Assembly: GCF_036507355.1 (NCBI RefSeq) | Contig: NZ_AP027877.1 | Length of the DNA stretch: 64,000 nt | Reading direction: 5' to 3' (one strand) | Origin: Escherichia coli | GTDB lineage: Bacteria > Pseudomonadota > Gammaproteobacteria > Enterobacterales > Enterobacteriaceae | Shown here: positions 1-8,961 of the stretch, one piece after another | Numbering within the stretch: the stretch's first letter is position 1 | Layout: each line of letters opens with the position of its first letter | The notes under the pieces: model-generated | The model's database searches: none | What the model was told of the DNA's origin: nothing | Seen by the model: only the letters and a program-made list of their open reading frames with translations | Translations under genes and position numbers: made by a program

Positions 1-96
1 GTCAACTCTGCTAAGATTTCAATATCGTTTTTGATCAATAAATTACGAATTGCTGCGATAGCAAGAGGATGGTCATCAATAATTATTGCGTTCATA
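1..96 (-). CDS. evgA: Response regulator EvgA, 5' end only (first 32 codons; rest lies beyond window start)
   Basis: Reverse-complement of 1-96 translates MNAIIIDDHPLAIAAIRNLLIKNDIEILAELT, matching the EvgA N-terminus as I recall it; divergent from emrK as in K-12. Confidence 0.88.
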
Positions 97-319
97 GATT
101 ATTCCCTTTGCAATGAAGCATCTCCCTTCTCCCTGTAGTAATACAGACATAAGGCATCATCTCATTTTCTCAATAAAAATAAGAAAATTTGAGCTTCCTT
201 TAAGATAATTCGACAAGTATACCATATAAATAGTCGGCATATATGAAATGTCAACAATAAAATTAGGGATTGTACCGATGATTTATAGTTTCACATTAGC
301 ACTATAAGTCTTCTCACTA

Positions 320-337
320 ATCCTACAGGCGTAAGAA
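320..337. promoter_or_regulatory. Candidate EvgA box in the evgA-emrK divergent intergenic region
   Basis: ATCCTACAGGCGTAAGAA: two 8-nt half-sites close to the recalled EvgA consensus TTCPyTACA / TGTAPuGAA separated by 2 nt. Confidence 0.4.
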
Positions 338-510
338 TTGTATTGCAAAAGCCACGGTTTAGTCCTCTGTTGTTTTTTTTGCACCTCATTTAAATTAGGC
401 CTCCAACGTTCCTGGGATAATGTGCAACACATGCACTGTGTTTGATATGAAGAATGAATACTCTTTTCATTCAATTCATAAATTTCATCTATGCGAAATG
501 AGAGATAAAA

Positions 511-1674
511 GTGGAACAGATTAATTCAAATAAAAAACATTCTAACAGAAGAAAATACTTTTCTTTATTGGCGGTAGTTTTATTTATTGCGTTTTCAGGT
601 GCCTATGCCTATTGGTCAATGGAATTAGAAGACATGATTAGTACAGATGACGCCTATGTCACGGGGAATGCAGATCCAATTTCTGCACAAGTCTCAGGTA
701 GTGTCACTGTAGTTAATCATAAAGATACGAACTACGTTCGACAGGGTGACATTTTAGTTTCACTGGATAAAACTGATGCCACTATCGCACTCAATAAAGC
801 TAAAAATAATCTGGCAAATATTGTTCGGCAAACGAATAAACTATACTTACAGGATAAACAATACAGTGCCGAAGTCGCTTCAGCACGTATTCAGTATCAA
901 CAATCTTTAGAAGATTATAACCGTCGTGTGCCTTTAGCGAAGCAGGGGGTTATTTCAAAAGAAACGCTGGAGCATACCAAAGATACGTTAATAAGTAGCA
1001 AAGCGGCATTGAATGCCGCTATCCAGGCTTATAAAGCGAATAAAGCTTTAGTAATGAACACACCATTAAACCGTCAGCCACAAGTCGTTGAAGCTGCGGA
1101 TGCAACCAAAGAAGCCTGGTTGGCGCTTAAACGTACGGATATTAAGAGTCCGGTTACCGGCTATATTGCCCAGAGAAGTGTTCAGGTCGGCGAAACAGTG
1201 AGCCCCGGACAATCGTTAATGGCTGTCGTACCGGCACGTCAAATGTGGGTTAATGCCAACTTTAAAGAAACACAACTCACGGATGTACGGATTGGTCAAT
1301 CGGTCAATATTATCAGCGATCTTTATGGTGAGAATGTTGTGTTTCATGGCCGGGTGACAGGGATCAATATGGGAACCGGCAATGCGTTCTCCTTATTACC
1401 TGCACAAAATGCGACAGGGAACTGGATCAAAATCGTTCAGCGTGTACCGGTTGAAGTTTCTCTTGATCCAAAAGAACTCATGGAACACCCCTTGCGCATT
1501 GGTTTATCGATGACTGCAACTATTGATACGAAGGACGAAGACATTGCTGAGATGCCTGATCTGGCTTCAACCGTGACCTCCATGCCTGCTTATACCAGTA
1601 AGGCTTTAGTTATCGATACCAGTCCGATAGAAAAAGAAATTAGCAACATTATTTCGCATAATGGACAACTTTAA
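511..1674 (+). CDS. emrK: Multidrug efflux membrane fusion protein EmrK
   Basis: 387-aa ORF with GTG start, HlyD-family periplasmic adaptor sequence; stop overlaps emrY start (ATGG... at 1674). Confidence 0.9.
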   Translation: MEQINSNKKHSNRRKYFSLLAVVLFIAFSGAYAYWSMELEDMISTDDAYVTGNADPISAQVSGSVTVVNHKDTNYVRQGDILVSLDKTDATIALNKAKNNLANIVRQTNKLYLQDKQYSAEVASARIQYQQSLEDYNRRVPLAKQGVISKETLEHTKDTLISSKAALNAAIQAYKANKALVMNTPLNRQPQVVEAADATKEAWLALKRTDIKSPVTGYIAQRSVQVGETVSPGQSLMAVVPARQMWVNANFKETQLTDVRIGQSVNIISDLYGENVVFHGRVTGINMGTGNAFSLLPAQNATGNWIKIVQRVPVEVSLDPKELMEHPLRIGLSMTATIDTKDEDIAEMPDLASTVTSMPAYTSKALVIDTSPIEKEISNIISHNGQL

Positions 1675-3212
1675 TGGCAATCACTAAATCAACTCCGGCA
1701 CCATTAACCGGTGGGACGTTATGGTGCGTCACTATTGCATTGTCATTAGCGACGTTTATGCAAATGTTGGATTCCACTATTTCTAACGTCGCAATACCGA
1801 CAATATCTGGCTTTCTGGGAGCATCAACAGACGAAGGTACCTGGGTTATCACTTCGTTTGGCGTAGCAAATGCCATTGCGATCCCTGTTACCGGCAGGCT
1901 GGCACAAAGAATAGGCGAATTAAGGTTATTTTTACTTTCAGTCACTTTTTTTTCGCTGTCTTCCTTAATGTGTAGTTTATCGACCAATCTTGATGTGCTG
2001 ATATTTTTTAGAGTCGTTCAGGGGTTAATGGCGGGGCCGTTAATTCCACTGTCACAGAGTTTATTATTAAGGAATTATCCACCAGAAAAAAGGACATTTG
2101 CTCTGGCATTATGGTCAATGACCGTGATTATCGCTCCGATATGTGGGCCGATATTGGGCGGCTATATTTGTGATAACTTTAGCTGGGGTTGGATATTTTT
2201 AATCAATGTCCCTATGGGGATTATCGTCCTGACATTATGCTTAACCTTACTTAAAGGAAGAGAAACTGAGACTTCACCGGTCAAAATGAATCTACCAGGA
2301 CTGACCCTGTTAGTGCTCGGTGTTGGTGGCTTGCAAATTATGCTTGATAAAGGGCGCGATCTGGATTGGTTCAACTCGAGTACAATAATAATATTAACAG
2401 TAGTATCAGTTATTTCTCTGATCTCTTTAGTCATTTGGGAGTCGACCTCAGAGAACCCGATTCTTGATCTCAGTTTGTTTAAGTCCCGTAATTTCACCAT
2501 TGGTATTGTGAGTATCACATGCGCGTATTTATTTTACTCTGGAGCGATCGTCCTTATGCCGCAGTTATTCCAGGAAACGATGGGGTATAATGCGATATGG
2601 GCCGGACTTGCTTATGCGCCCATCGGCATCATGCCACTATTAATTTCACCTTTGATAGGACGTTATGGCAACAAAATAGACATGCGGTTGTTAGTGACAT
2701 TTAGTTTTTTGATGTATGCGGTTTGCTATTACTGGCGTTCTGTGACATTTATGCCAACGATTGATTTTACAGGTATCATTTTGCCGCAGTTTTTTCAGGG
2801 ATTCGCCGTTGCCTGTTTCTTTTTACCCTTAACAACGATTTCGTTTTCAGGCTTGCCAGATAATAAATTTGCCAATGCCTCGAGTATGAGTAATTTTTTT
2901 CGTACCTTGTCAGGATCAGTTGGTACATCGTTGACAATGACGCTGTGGGGGCGACGCGAATCGTTACACCATAGTCAGTTGACAGCAACCATCGATCAAT
3001 TTAACCCTGTATTTAATTCATCGTCACAAATTATGGATAAATACTATGGTTCGCTTTCAGGAGTTCTTAATGAAATTAATAATGAAATAACCCAGCAGTC
3101 ACTTTCTATTTCTGCAAATGAGATTTTCCGTATGGCGGCTATTGCTTTTATCTTACTTACGGTTTTGGTTTGGTTTGCGAAACCGCCGTTTACAGCGAAA
3201 GGCGTTGGGTGA
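1674..3212 (+). CDS. emrY: MFS multidrug efflux pump EmrY
   Basis: 512-aa ORF, multi-TM MFS (DHA2-like) protein, translationally coupled to emrK. Confidence 0.9.
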   Translation: MAITKSTPAPLTGGTLWCVTIALSLATFMQMLDSTISNVAIPTISGFLGASTDEGTWVITSFGVANAIAIPVTGRLAQRIGELRLFLLSVTFFSLSSLMCSLSTNLDVLIFFRVVQGLMAGPLIPLSQSLLLRNYPPEKRTFALALWSMTVIIAPICGPILGGYICDNFSWGWIFLINVPMGIIVLTLCLTLLKGRETETSPVKMNLPGLTLLVLGVGGLQIMLDKGRDLDWFNSSTIIILTVVSVISLISLVIWESTSENPILDLSLFKSRNFTIGIVSITCAYLFYSGAIVLMPQLFQETMGYNAIWAGLAYAPIGIMPLLISPLIGRYGNKIDMRLLVTFSFLMYAVCYYWRSVTFMPTIDFTGIILPQFFQGFAVACFFLPLTTISFSGLPDNKFANASSMSNFFRTLSGSVGTSLTMTLWGRRESLHHSQLTATIDQFNPVFNSSSQIMDKYYGSLSGVLNEINNEITQQSLSISANEIFRMAAIAFILLTVLVWFAKPPFTAKGVG

Positions 3213-3319
3213 TGGTAAAAGCAGGGGGTTATAGCGGGTAAGACCGGGGATCTTAAGTCTGCGCCATCGGCAGCATCGCTCACCCAGGGAAAGGATGGCG
3301 ATGCTGCGTTGAAATGTTA

Positions 3320-3568
3320 TTAACGGCCTTTTGCCAGATATTGATTCATCTCTTCTTCCGGCACCATTCCACCTCCCGTCGCCCACACCAGATGAGTGGC
3401 ATTACGCAGTTGTTCTGCGCTGAAACCGTGCATCAGTTGGTAACTTACTGATGCACACACGCGCTGAGGTCCGGCCATACCCGCCAGTGCCGAAGGTTCA
3501 AGACGAATACCTTCTTCCTGCGCCAACCCAAGAATTACAGTGCGGTTAGATGGCGGAAAGCCGGTCAA
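3320..3568 (-). pseudogene. dsdA: 3' remnant of D-serine dehydratase gene (about 83 C-terminal codons)
   Basis: Minus-strand frame ends ...[24 protein letters not shown], the DsdA C-terminus as recalled; similarity stops near 3570, after which the frame reads non-DsdA sequence; the track ORF uses an alternative TTG start. Confidence 0.75.
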
Positions 3569-3572
3569 GAGT

Positions 3573-3767
3573 GTTTGGGGAGGTGGGGAAGGCGGTGATT
3601 CTGCATTTGCTCCACAACCAATACAATTTATAAAGACCTTGGCTAAGCATAAAAAAGCTATTTTTGGGTTTGAACCTTATGGATCAACTATGCAAGTAGT
3701 TGAGTTTGACTTGTCTGAGATTGATAAGGTTGTGGAAAAAATTTCACAGTCTTGCAATTGGAAATAA
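3573..3767 (+). other. Open frame ending ...MQVVEFDLSEIDKVVEKISQSCNWK*, possibly the 3' end of an unknown gene in AT-rich foreign DNA
   Basis: Track ORF 3540-3767; its 5' part overlaps the dsdA remnant so only the distal part is plausible. Confidence 0.2.
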
Positions 3768-3784
3768 CAAAAAAATCTCATATG

Positions 3785-3808
3785 AACCCAGTTGGCTCTG
3801 GGTTTTTT
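3785..3808 (+). terminator. Rho-independent terminator
   Basis: AACCCAG-TTGGCT-CTGGGTT hairpin followed by TTTTTTATTT. Confidence 0.55.
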
Positions 3809-4145
3809 ATTTCTGTTGTCTATAATGTATTCATAATTTTTACTGGGATACAGTGCACATAAAATCCCAATTGCGGTAGGACGATAACTGGATCAGGTGG
3901 AGGCACTTACGCAAGAATTGATAGTATTAATTTGCATAGAGCAACGCGAAGTTATTTATAAATTAACTGATATAGAGTACTAGATGTAATCCGAACCGGT
4001 TATGATTCGTCACCAATTTTGCAAGAGGCTGGGTAGGTAAGCTATTGGATACCGTAGGTAGCAAAAATATAGAAGGAGGGGAAGAATTGCTAAACTCGAG
4101 CATTCACTTAAATCTGAGTTATTTATTGTTAAGATATAATACACT

Positions 4146-4409
4146 TTGAATAATAGAGGCTATATGACAACGAAAATAAGCAAAGATGATAAACATCTGC
4201 TTGATCCTTATTTAAAATGGCTTGCAAACAAGAAGCTAATGGTTGCCTTCTGGTTGGTGCTAATGATATGTGGTTGCATATATGCATATATAGAAAATGA
4301 TTGGTCACTTCTTCCCCGATTCGGATGTTTAGGCATAATGATTGGCACATTGCTTACTCTTTCTCCGCTTTTTGCAGAAGGTATCTACCTATCAAGGCGA
4401 GAAGCATGA
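4146..4409 (+). CDS. Hypothetical small membrane protein (87 aa, two predicted TM helices); stop codon supplied by the IS end
   Basis: ORF with hydrophobic segments LMVAFWLVLMICGCIYAYI and GCLGIMIGTLLTLSPLF; TGA at 4407-4409 is the first 3 nt of the IS, so the native 3' end may be lost. Confidence 0.35.
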   Translation: MNNRGYMTTKISKDDKHLLDPYLKWLANKKLMVAFWLVLMICGCIYAYIENDWSLLPRFGCLGIMIGTLLTLSPLFAEGIYLSRREA

Positions 4410-4424
4410 ATCGCCACGGATAAT

Positions 4425-5237
4425 CTAGACACTTCCGAGCCGTTGATAATACTGGTTTTCATATTCTGTCGGTGACATCTGATCGCTGGAACCATGCCGA
4501 CGCTTACTGTTATAAAACATTTCGATGTAATCAAAAATATCGCTGCGGGCTTCTTCCCGCGTTCCGTAGATCTTTTTCTTTATCCGTTCGCGTTTCAACA
4601 ACTGGAAAAAGCTTTCTGCAACCGCATTATCATGGCAGTTACCGCGACGGCTCATGCTGCCATCCAGGCCGTGTGATTTCAGGAACGACTGCCACTCATG
4701 GCTTGTGTACTGACTGCCCTGATCCGAATGAACCAGCACCTGTTTTTGGGGATTACGGCGCCATACAGCCATCAGCAGTGCGTTCAGGACAATGTCCTTT
4801 GTCATCCGGGATTGCATGGACCAGCCGATAATTTTGCGTGAGAACAGATCAACAACCACGGCAAGATACAGCCAGCCTTCGTGGGTCCTGATGTAGGTTA
4901 TGTCCGTTACCCAACGCTTATCCGGAGCATCCGGATTGAACTGTCGCTGGAGCCTGTTGGGCGACACGATACTGGCCTCGCCTTTACGTGCCCGCGGGCT
5001 CCGGTATCCGACCTGAGCCTTTATCCCGACACGTTTCATCAGTCGCCAGACTCTGTTCACTCCGCACTGTTGCCCGCTGTCCCGCAGATCCAGATGGATT
5101 TTGCGATAACCATAGACGCATCCCGATTCCAGCCAGAACTGTTTAATCTGCCCTGTCAGCCTCAGGTCTGCCTGATGGCGTTGTGAATGCGGCTGCTGAA
5201 GCCAGGCGTAAAAACCACTGGGATGAACATCCAGCAC
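4425..5237 (-). CDS. IS3-family transposase OrfB (DDE integrase domain); expressed as OrfAB fusion by -1 frameshift
   Basis: 270-aa ORF from first Met; motifs DITYIRTHEGWLYLAVVVDLFSRKIIGW and HSDQGSQYTS; frame stays open upstream of the Met. Confidence 0.8.
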   Translation of the reverse strand: MLDVHPSGFYAWLQQPHSQRHQADLRLTGQIKQFWLESGCVYGYRKIHLDLRDSGQQCGVNRVWRLMKRVGIKAQVGYRSPRARKGEASIVSPNRLQRQFNPDAPDKRWVTDITYIRTHEGWLYLAVVVDLFSRKIIGWSMQSRMTKDIVLNALLMAVWRRNPQKQVLVHSDQGSQYTSHEWQSFLKSHGLDGSMSRRGNCHDNAVAESFFQLLKRERIKKKIYGTREEARSDIFDYIEMFYNSKRRHGSSDQMSPTEYENQYYQRLGSV

Positions 5238-5293
5238 CCGACAGAGCAGGCGAACAGGCCAGCAACAGGTGTTGTCACGGATAAAGGCGTACC

Positions 5294-5578
5294 TCAGTCG
5301 GACAGCTTTGCGAAGTACGCCGCGGCTTTTTTTAATATGTCCCGTTCGTCGGTAACCCGCTTCAGCTCTTTCTGGAGACGGCGGATCTCGGCCTGAGCAT
5401 CTGACTGTTCTTTATTAGCGGAAGAATCCGGACCGTACTTCTTTATCCAGGCGTAAAGGCTGTGGGTGGTGATATCGAGACGTGTTGCAACGCTGGCAAC
5501 AGAATAACCGCGATCAACAACCTGTTTGACTGCTTCAATTTTAAACTCTTCGGGATAACGCTTACCGCTCATGGGCAC
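5294..5578 (-). CDS. IS3-family transposase OrfA (HTH plus leucine zipper)
   Basis: 94-aa ORF MPMSGKRYPEEFKIEAVKQV...; ends near an A7G slippery run. Confidence 0.8.
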   Translation of the reverse strand: MPMSGKRYPEEFKIEAVKQVVDRGYSVASVATRLDITTHSLYAWIKKYGPDSSANKEQSDAQAEIRRLQKELKRVTDERDILKKAAAYFAKLSD

Positions 5579-5635
5579 CTCTCTTTAAGCCATCTTAAAT
5601 GACTCTGAGGTGTCTGTTAAACCCGTGGCGATTCA

Positions 5636-6036
5636 GGAAGAGTTCGAAATACGCAGCGAAATTGTTGGAATTCAAATTAGTTGATCTTGACGTTCTTAAG
5701 CGAACATACTTCTTTTTTGCAGACCGTTATCTGGCAGATGTAGTGAAGTTTGAAAACCTATGTGGTGATTTAGAGCATACATCGCAGAAGGCTAGGGATG
5801 AAAAAATTAAGGCCATGCAATTAAAGACAAACGACCCTGAAATTCAGTTAGGTGTTTGTATTTTTGTTTGTTTCAGGTTGCGAAACAACCTTTTTCATGG
5901 ACCAAAATGGCGTTATTTGCTTGATGGGCAAGAGGATTTGCTCTTAATTGCCGGAAATTTTATACATTCTATTCTATTACAGGTGCCTAGTAGAGATGGC
6001 TGGGAATTCAAGAATATTTTAACTTCTACTGATTAG
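5636..6036 (+). pseudogene. 3' fragment of an Abi-like (Abi_2 / HEPN-type) abortive-infection gene, truncated at the IS boundary
   Basis: Open frame starts exactly at the IS end with no start codon; C-terminal ...FRLRNNLFHGPKWRYLLDGQEDLLL contains an Rx4H HEPN-like motif; AT-rich. Confidence 0.4.
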
Positions 6037-6221
6037 CTTTGATTTTCCATAATCAACCCGCCATAATCATGTCATCGGAGCCTGAACAACTCCGGTGACT
6101 TCTGCGCTTTGAGGGGACTCAAAGTGCAAACGACAATCAGAACACCTTTCAACCAGTCACAGATGCAGAAATGCACCTGCAATATCTTGCATCCAACGTT
6201 TGACCTCTGCGGAGGTGAAGC

Positions 6222-6677
6222 GTGAACCTCCCACAAGACGGCATCAAATTACATCGCGGTAACTTCACTGCTATCGGTCAGCAGATCCAGCCTTATCTGG
6301 AGGAAGGCAAATGCTTTCGCATGGTGCTTAAACCGTGGCGGGAGAGACGCAGTCTTTCCCAGAATGCACTCAGCCACATGTGGTACAGCGAAATCAGTGA
6401 ATACCTCATCAGCAGGGGTAAAACGTTCGCCACTCCAGATTGGGTAAAAGATGCTCTCAAACACACTTATCTCGGTTATGAAACCAAAGAACTGGTTGAT
6501 GTCGTAACCGGTGAGATCACCACTATCCAGTCGTTACGCCATACCTCCGATCTTGATACCGGAGAGATGTATATCTTCCTGTGTAAGGTTGAAGCCTGGG
6601 CGGTGAATATTGACTGCCACCTGACTATTCCGCAGAGCTGCGAGTTCCAGCTGCTGCGCGACAAGCAGGAGGCGTAA
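6222..6677 (+). CDS. YbcN-like / NinB-family phage protein
   Basis: 151-aa ORF, GTG start, position and size as ybcN in DLP12-type nin regions. Confidence 0.55.
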   Translation: MNLPQDGIKLHRGNFTAIGQQIQPYLEEGKCFRMVLKPWRERRSLSQNALSHMWYSEISEYLISRGKTFATPDWVKDALKHTYLGYETKELVDVVTGEITTIQSLRHTSDLDTGEMYIFLCKVEAWAVNIDCHLTIPQSCEFQLLRDKQEA

Positions 6678-6839
6678 TGGCTACACCGCTTATTCGTGTC
6701 ATGAACGGACACATCTACAAAGTACCAAATCGTCGTAAGCGTAACCCTGAGCTGAAGCCATCCGAAATACCAACTCTGCTCGGATATACCGCCAGCCTGG
6801 TTGATAAAAAATGGTTGCGACTGGCAGCAAGGAGGAATC

Positions 6840-7130
6840 ATGGCTGATTTGAGAAAAGCAGCGCGTGGTCGGGAATGCCAGGTAAGAATCCCTGGCGTAT
6901 GTAATAGCAATTCTGAAACGTCTGTACTGGCACATATCCGGCTGGCTGGATTGTGCGGTACCGGTATCAAACCGCCAGACCTGATTGCCACCATCGCATG
7001 TTCTGCCTATCACGACGAAATCGACCGCCGCACACATTTTGTCGATGCTGAGTATGCAAAAGAATGCGCGCTGGAAGGTATGGCGAGAACACAGGTTATC
7101 TGGCTGAAAGAGGGGGTTATTAAGGCGTGA
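6840..7130 (+). CDS. YbcO-like (DUF1364) phage protein
   Basis: [22 protein letters not shown]...[13 protein letters not shown], matches recalled DLP12 YbcO; upstream of rusA as in DLP12. Confidence 0.6.
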   Translation: MADLRKAARGRECQVRIPGVCNSNSETSVLAHIRLAGLCGTGIKPPDLIATIACSAYHDEIDRRTHFVDAEYAKECALEGMARTQVIWLKEGVIKA

Positions 7131-7489
7131 ATACTTACAGCATCACATTACCCTGGCCTCCGAGCAATAATCGCTATTACCGCCATAATCGCGGGCGCAC
7201 GCACATCAGCGCAGAGGGGCAGGCATACCGCGATAACGTCGCCCGAATCATTAAAAACGCAATGCTGGATATCGGCCTGGCTATTCCTGTGAAAATCCGC
7301 ATTGAGTGTCACATGCCGGATCGCCGTCGCCGTGACCTGGATAATCTGCAAAAAGCTGCTTTTGACGCACTTACCAAAGCAGGTTTCTGGCTGGATGATG
7401 CTCAGGTCGTTGATTACCGCGTTGTGAAGATGCCGGTTGTCAAAGGTGGAAAGCTGGAACTGACCATCACTGAACTGGGAGATGAATGA
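7127..7489 (+). CDS. rusA: Holliday junction resolvase RusA
   Basis: 120 aa, [26 protein letters not shown]..., near-identical to recalled RusA. Confidence 0.9.
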   Translation: MNTYSITLPWPPSNNRYYRHNRGRTHISAEGQAYRDNVARIIKNAMLDIGLAIPVKIRIECHMPDRRRRDLDNLQKAAFDALTKAGFWLDDAQVVDYRVVKMPVVKGGKLELTITELGDE

Positions 7490-7626
7490 TGTTTGAGTTT
7501 TATACGGCAGAACTTCTTCGCCACCGCTGGATGCGCCTGCGCTTATATCGTTTCCCCGGTTCTGTTTTGACCGATTACCGAATACTGAGGAATTACGCCA
7601 AAACCCTGACAGGAGCAGGAGTATGA
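7489..7626 (+). CDS. ylcG: YlcG-like small phage protein (45 aa)
   Basis: ATG overlapping rusA stop (ATGA coupling); [24 protein letters not shown]...; below the ORF-track size cutoff, read by hand. Confidence 0.5.
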   Translation: MFEFYTAELLRHRWMRLRLYRFPGSVLTDYRILRNYAKTLTGAGV

Positions 7627-7696
7627 AGTCAGAGATAACAATCAACTAATACTGTTTTGTTGATTTTTGCTTGTAATTGGCGTTCTGGTCTGATTT

Positions 7697-8089
7697 TTGT
7701 GGAGTAAGTTGATGCGTGATATTCAGATGGTTCTTGAGCGTTGGGGAGCGTGGGCGGCTAATAATCATGAAGATGTGACCTGGTCGTCCATTGCCGCCGG
7801 TTTTAAGGGATTAATTCCTTCAAAAGTAAAATCTCGCCCACAATGTTGTGACGATGACGCGATGATCATTTGCGGGTGCATGGCCCGTCTGAAAAAGAAC
7901 AACAGCGATTTGCATGATTTATTGGTGGACTATTATGTCGGCGGCATGACTTTTATGGCGCTTGCACGTAAGCATGGGCGATCTGATTGTTGGGTTGGCA
8001 GGATGCTCCAGAAAGCTGAGGGCGTAGTGGAGGGTATGCTGATGGTGTTGGATCTCCGATTGGAGATGGATGCTGATTGTTCGAAATAA
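7697..8089 (+). CDS. Late-gene antitermination protein Q (QuuD / phage-82-type)
   Basis: 130-aa ORF (true start may be Met at 7712); Cys-rich zinc-binding region [16 protein letters not shown]; followed by terminator tR'. Confidence 0.8.
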   Translation: MWSKLMRDIQMVLERWGAWAANNHEDVTWSSIAAGFKGLIPSKVKSRPQCCDDDAMIICGCMARLKKNNSDLHDLLVDYYVGGMTFMALARKHGRSDCWVGRMLQKAEGVVEGMLMVLDLRLEMDADCSK

Positions 8090-8187
8090 TTAAAGGAAAA
8101 GTTGCTGTCTGATTGTCATTAGTCTAACATTTTAAATGTTGGAATCGCAACGTAGTTATTATCATATAACAGCTTGTTTCCTGATTT
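8090..8187 (+). promoter_or_regulatory. Probable late promoter pR' / qut region
   Basis: Position immediately 3' of Q and 5' of a strong terminator, as in lambdoid late control regions; promoter hexamers not confidently assigned. Confidence 0.3.
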
Positions 8188-8217
8188 AGCCAGCCTCCCC
8201 AAAGGCTGGTTTTTTTC
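8188..8217 (+). terminator. Rho-independent terminator (tR'-like)
   Basis: AGCCAGCCT-CCCCAA-AGGCTGGT hairpin followed by TTTTTTT. Confidence 0.55.
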
Positions 8218-8244
8218 TAATAAGTATTATTTCGGGTAGGGATT

Positions 8245-8769
8245 TTATTGTTTAACCCATAATAATTCATTGACATTGAATCCCAACTTTTGAGCGGTTC
8301 GCACATAGTCTGCTTTTACTTTATCTGGAATAGTTGGGGTCCTTGCCAGAATCCATAGGTATTCTCTGTTCGGACCACTGACAAGAGCATACTTATACTC
8401 ATCATCCAGTTTGATTACATTATAGCCACCATAGAAGGGGCCAAAAAACGAAACCTTCAATGCTGCAGTTTTAGTATCTCCAGTAAAGTATGCTTTACCT
8501 TCGCTCTCGCTCCATTTATTTTTCGTTGGATCGTATCCACGGTTAAGTACACGAATCCCTCCGTCGTTCCGTTTTCCATAAGTAGCGCTGACCTGTTCCA
8601 GATCACGTTCGAACCGGTTCTCGAGGCGAGCTATTTCATACCATTTTCCGAGGTAGCGGTTGGCGTCAAAATTTGTAATCGGCTGCACACCTTTAGGTGG
8701 TGTCGGGGCCTTACATGCTATAAGAGTGAAAGAGAGTGCAATGCCAGTCAACACAGGCCATAACTTCAT
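8245..8769 (-). CDS. Outer-membrane lipocalin, Blc homologue (lipoprotein)
   Basis: 174 aa; lipobox LIAC; NFDANRYLGKWYEIARLENRFERDLEQV...KVSFFGPFYGGYNVI closely parallels E. coli Blc; opposite strand to phage late genes. Confidence 0.85.
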   Translation of the reverse strand: MKLWPVLTGIALSFTLIACKAPTPPKGVQPITNFDANRYLGKWYEIARLENRFERDLEQVSATYGKRNDGGIRVLNRGYDPTKNKWSESEGKAYFTGDTKTAALKVSFFGPFYGGYNVIKLDDEYKYALVSGPNREYLWILARTPTIPDKVKADYVRTAQKLGFNVNELLWVKQ

Positions 8770-8961
8770 AATAAATCCTGTACTTTTGATAGTTGAGAGT
8801 AAGTATGAAAGATAGATGATTACGACCGATCACTTAAAGAACTTTCATACTATATTAGGAATAGTCCATAACAGAAAAATTGTCAGTGATGACGCCAGAA
8901 AGGCAATTTATTCCGTGCACTACACAGTTTATGTGTTAATGAATTAGTCAAGGGGGAGAAT

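Larger units (their letters stand above)
4407..5635 (-). mobile_element. IS3-family insertion sequence, copy A (1229 bp), reverse orientation
   Basis: Ends TGAATCGCCACGG...CCGTGGCGATTCA (TG...CA); orfA/orfB pair; near-identical to copy at 35440-36668; no flanking direct repeat. Confidence 0.85.

Noticed and set aside
3540-3689. 5' part of track ORF 3540-3767
   Set aside because: Overlaps the dsdA remnant on the other strand and spans the junction; only the distal part could be coding, and even that is uncertain.
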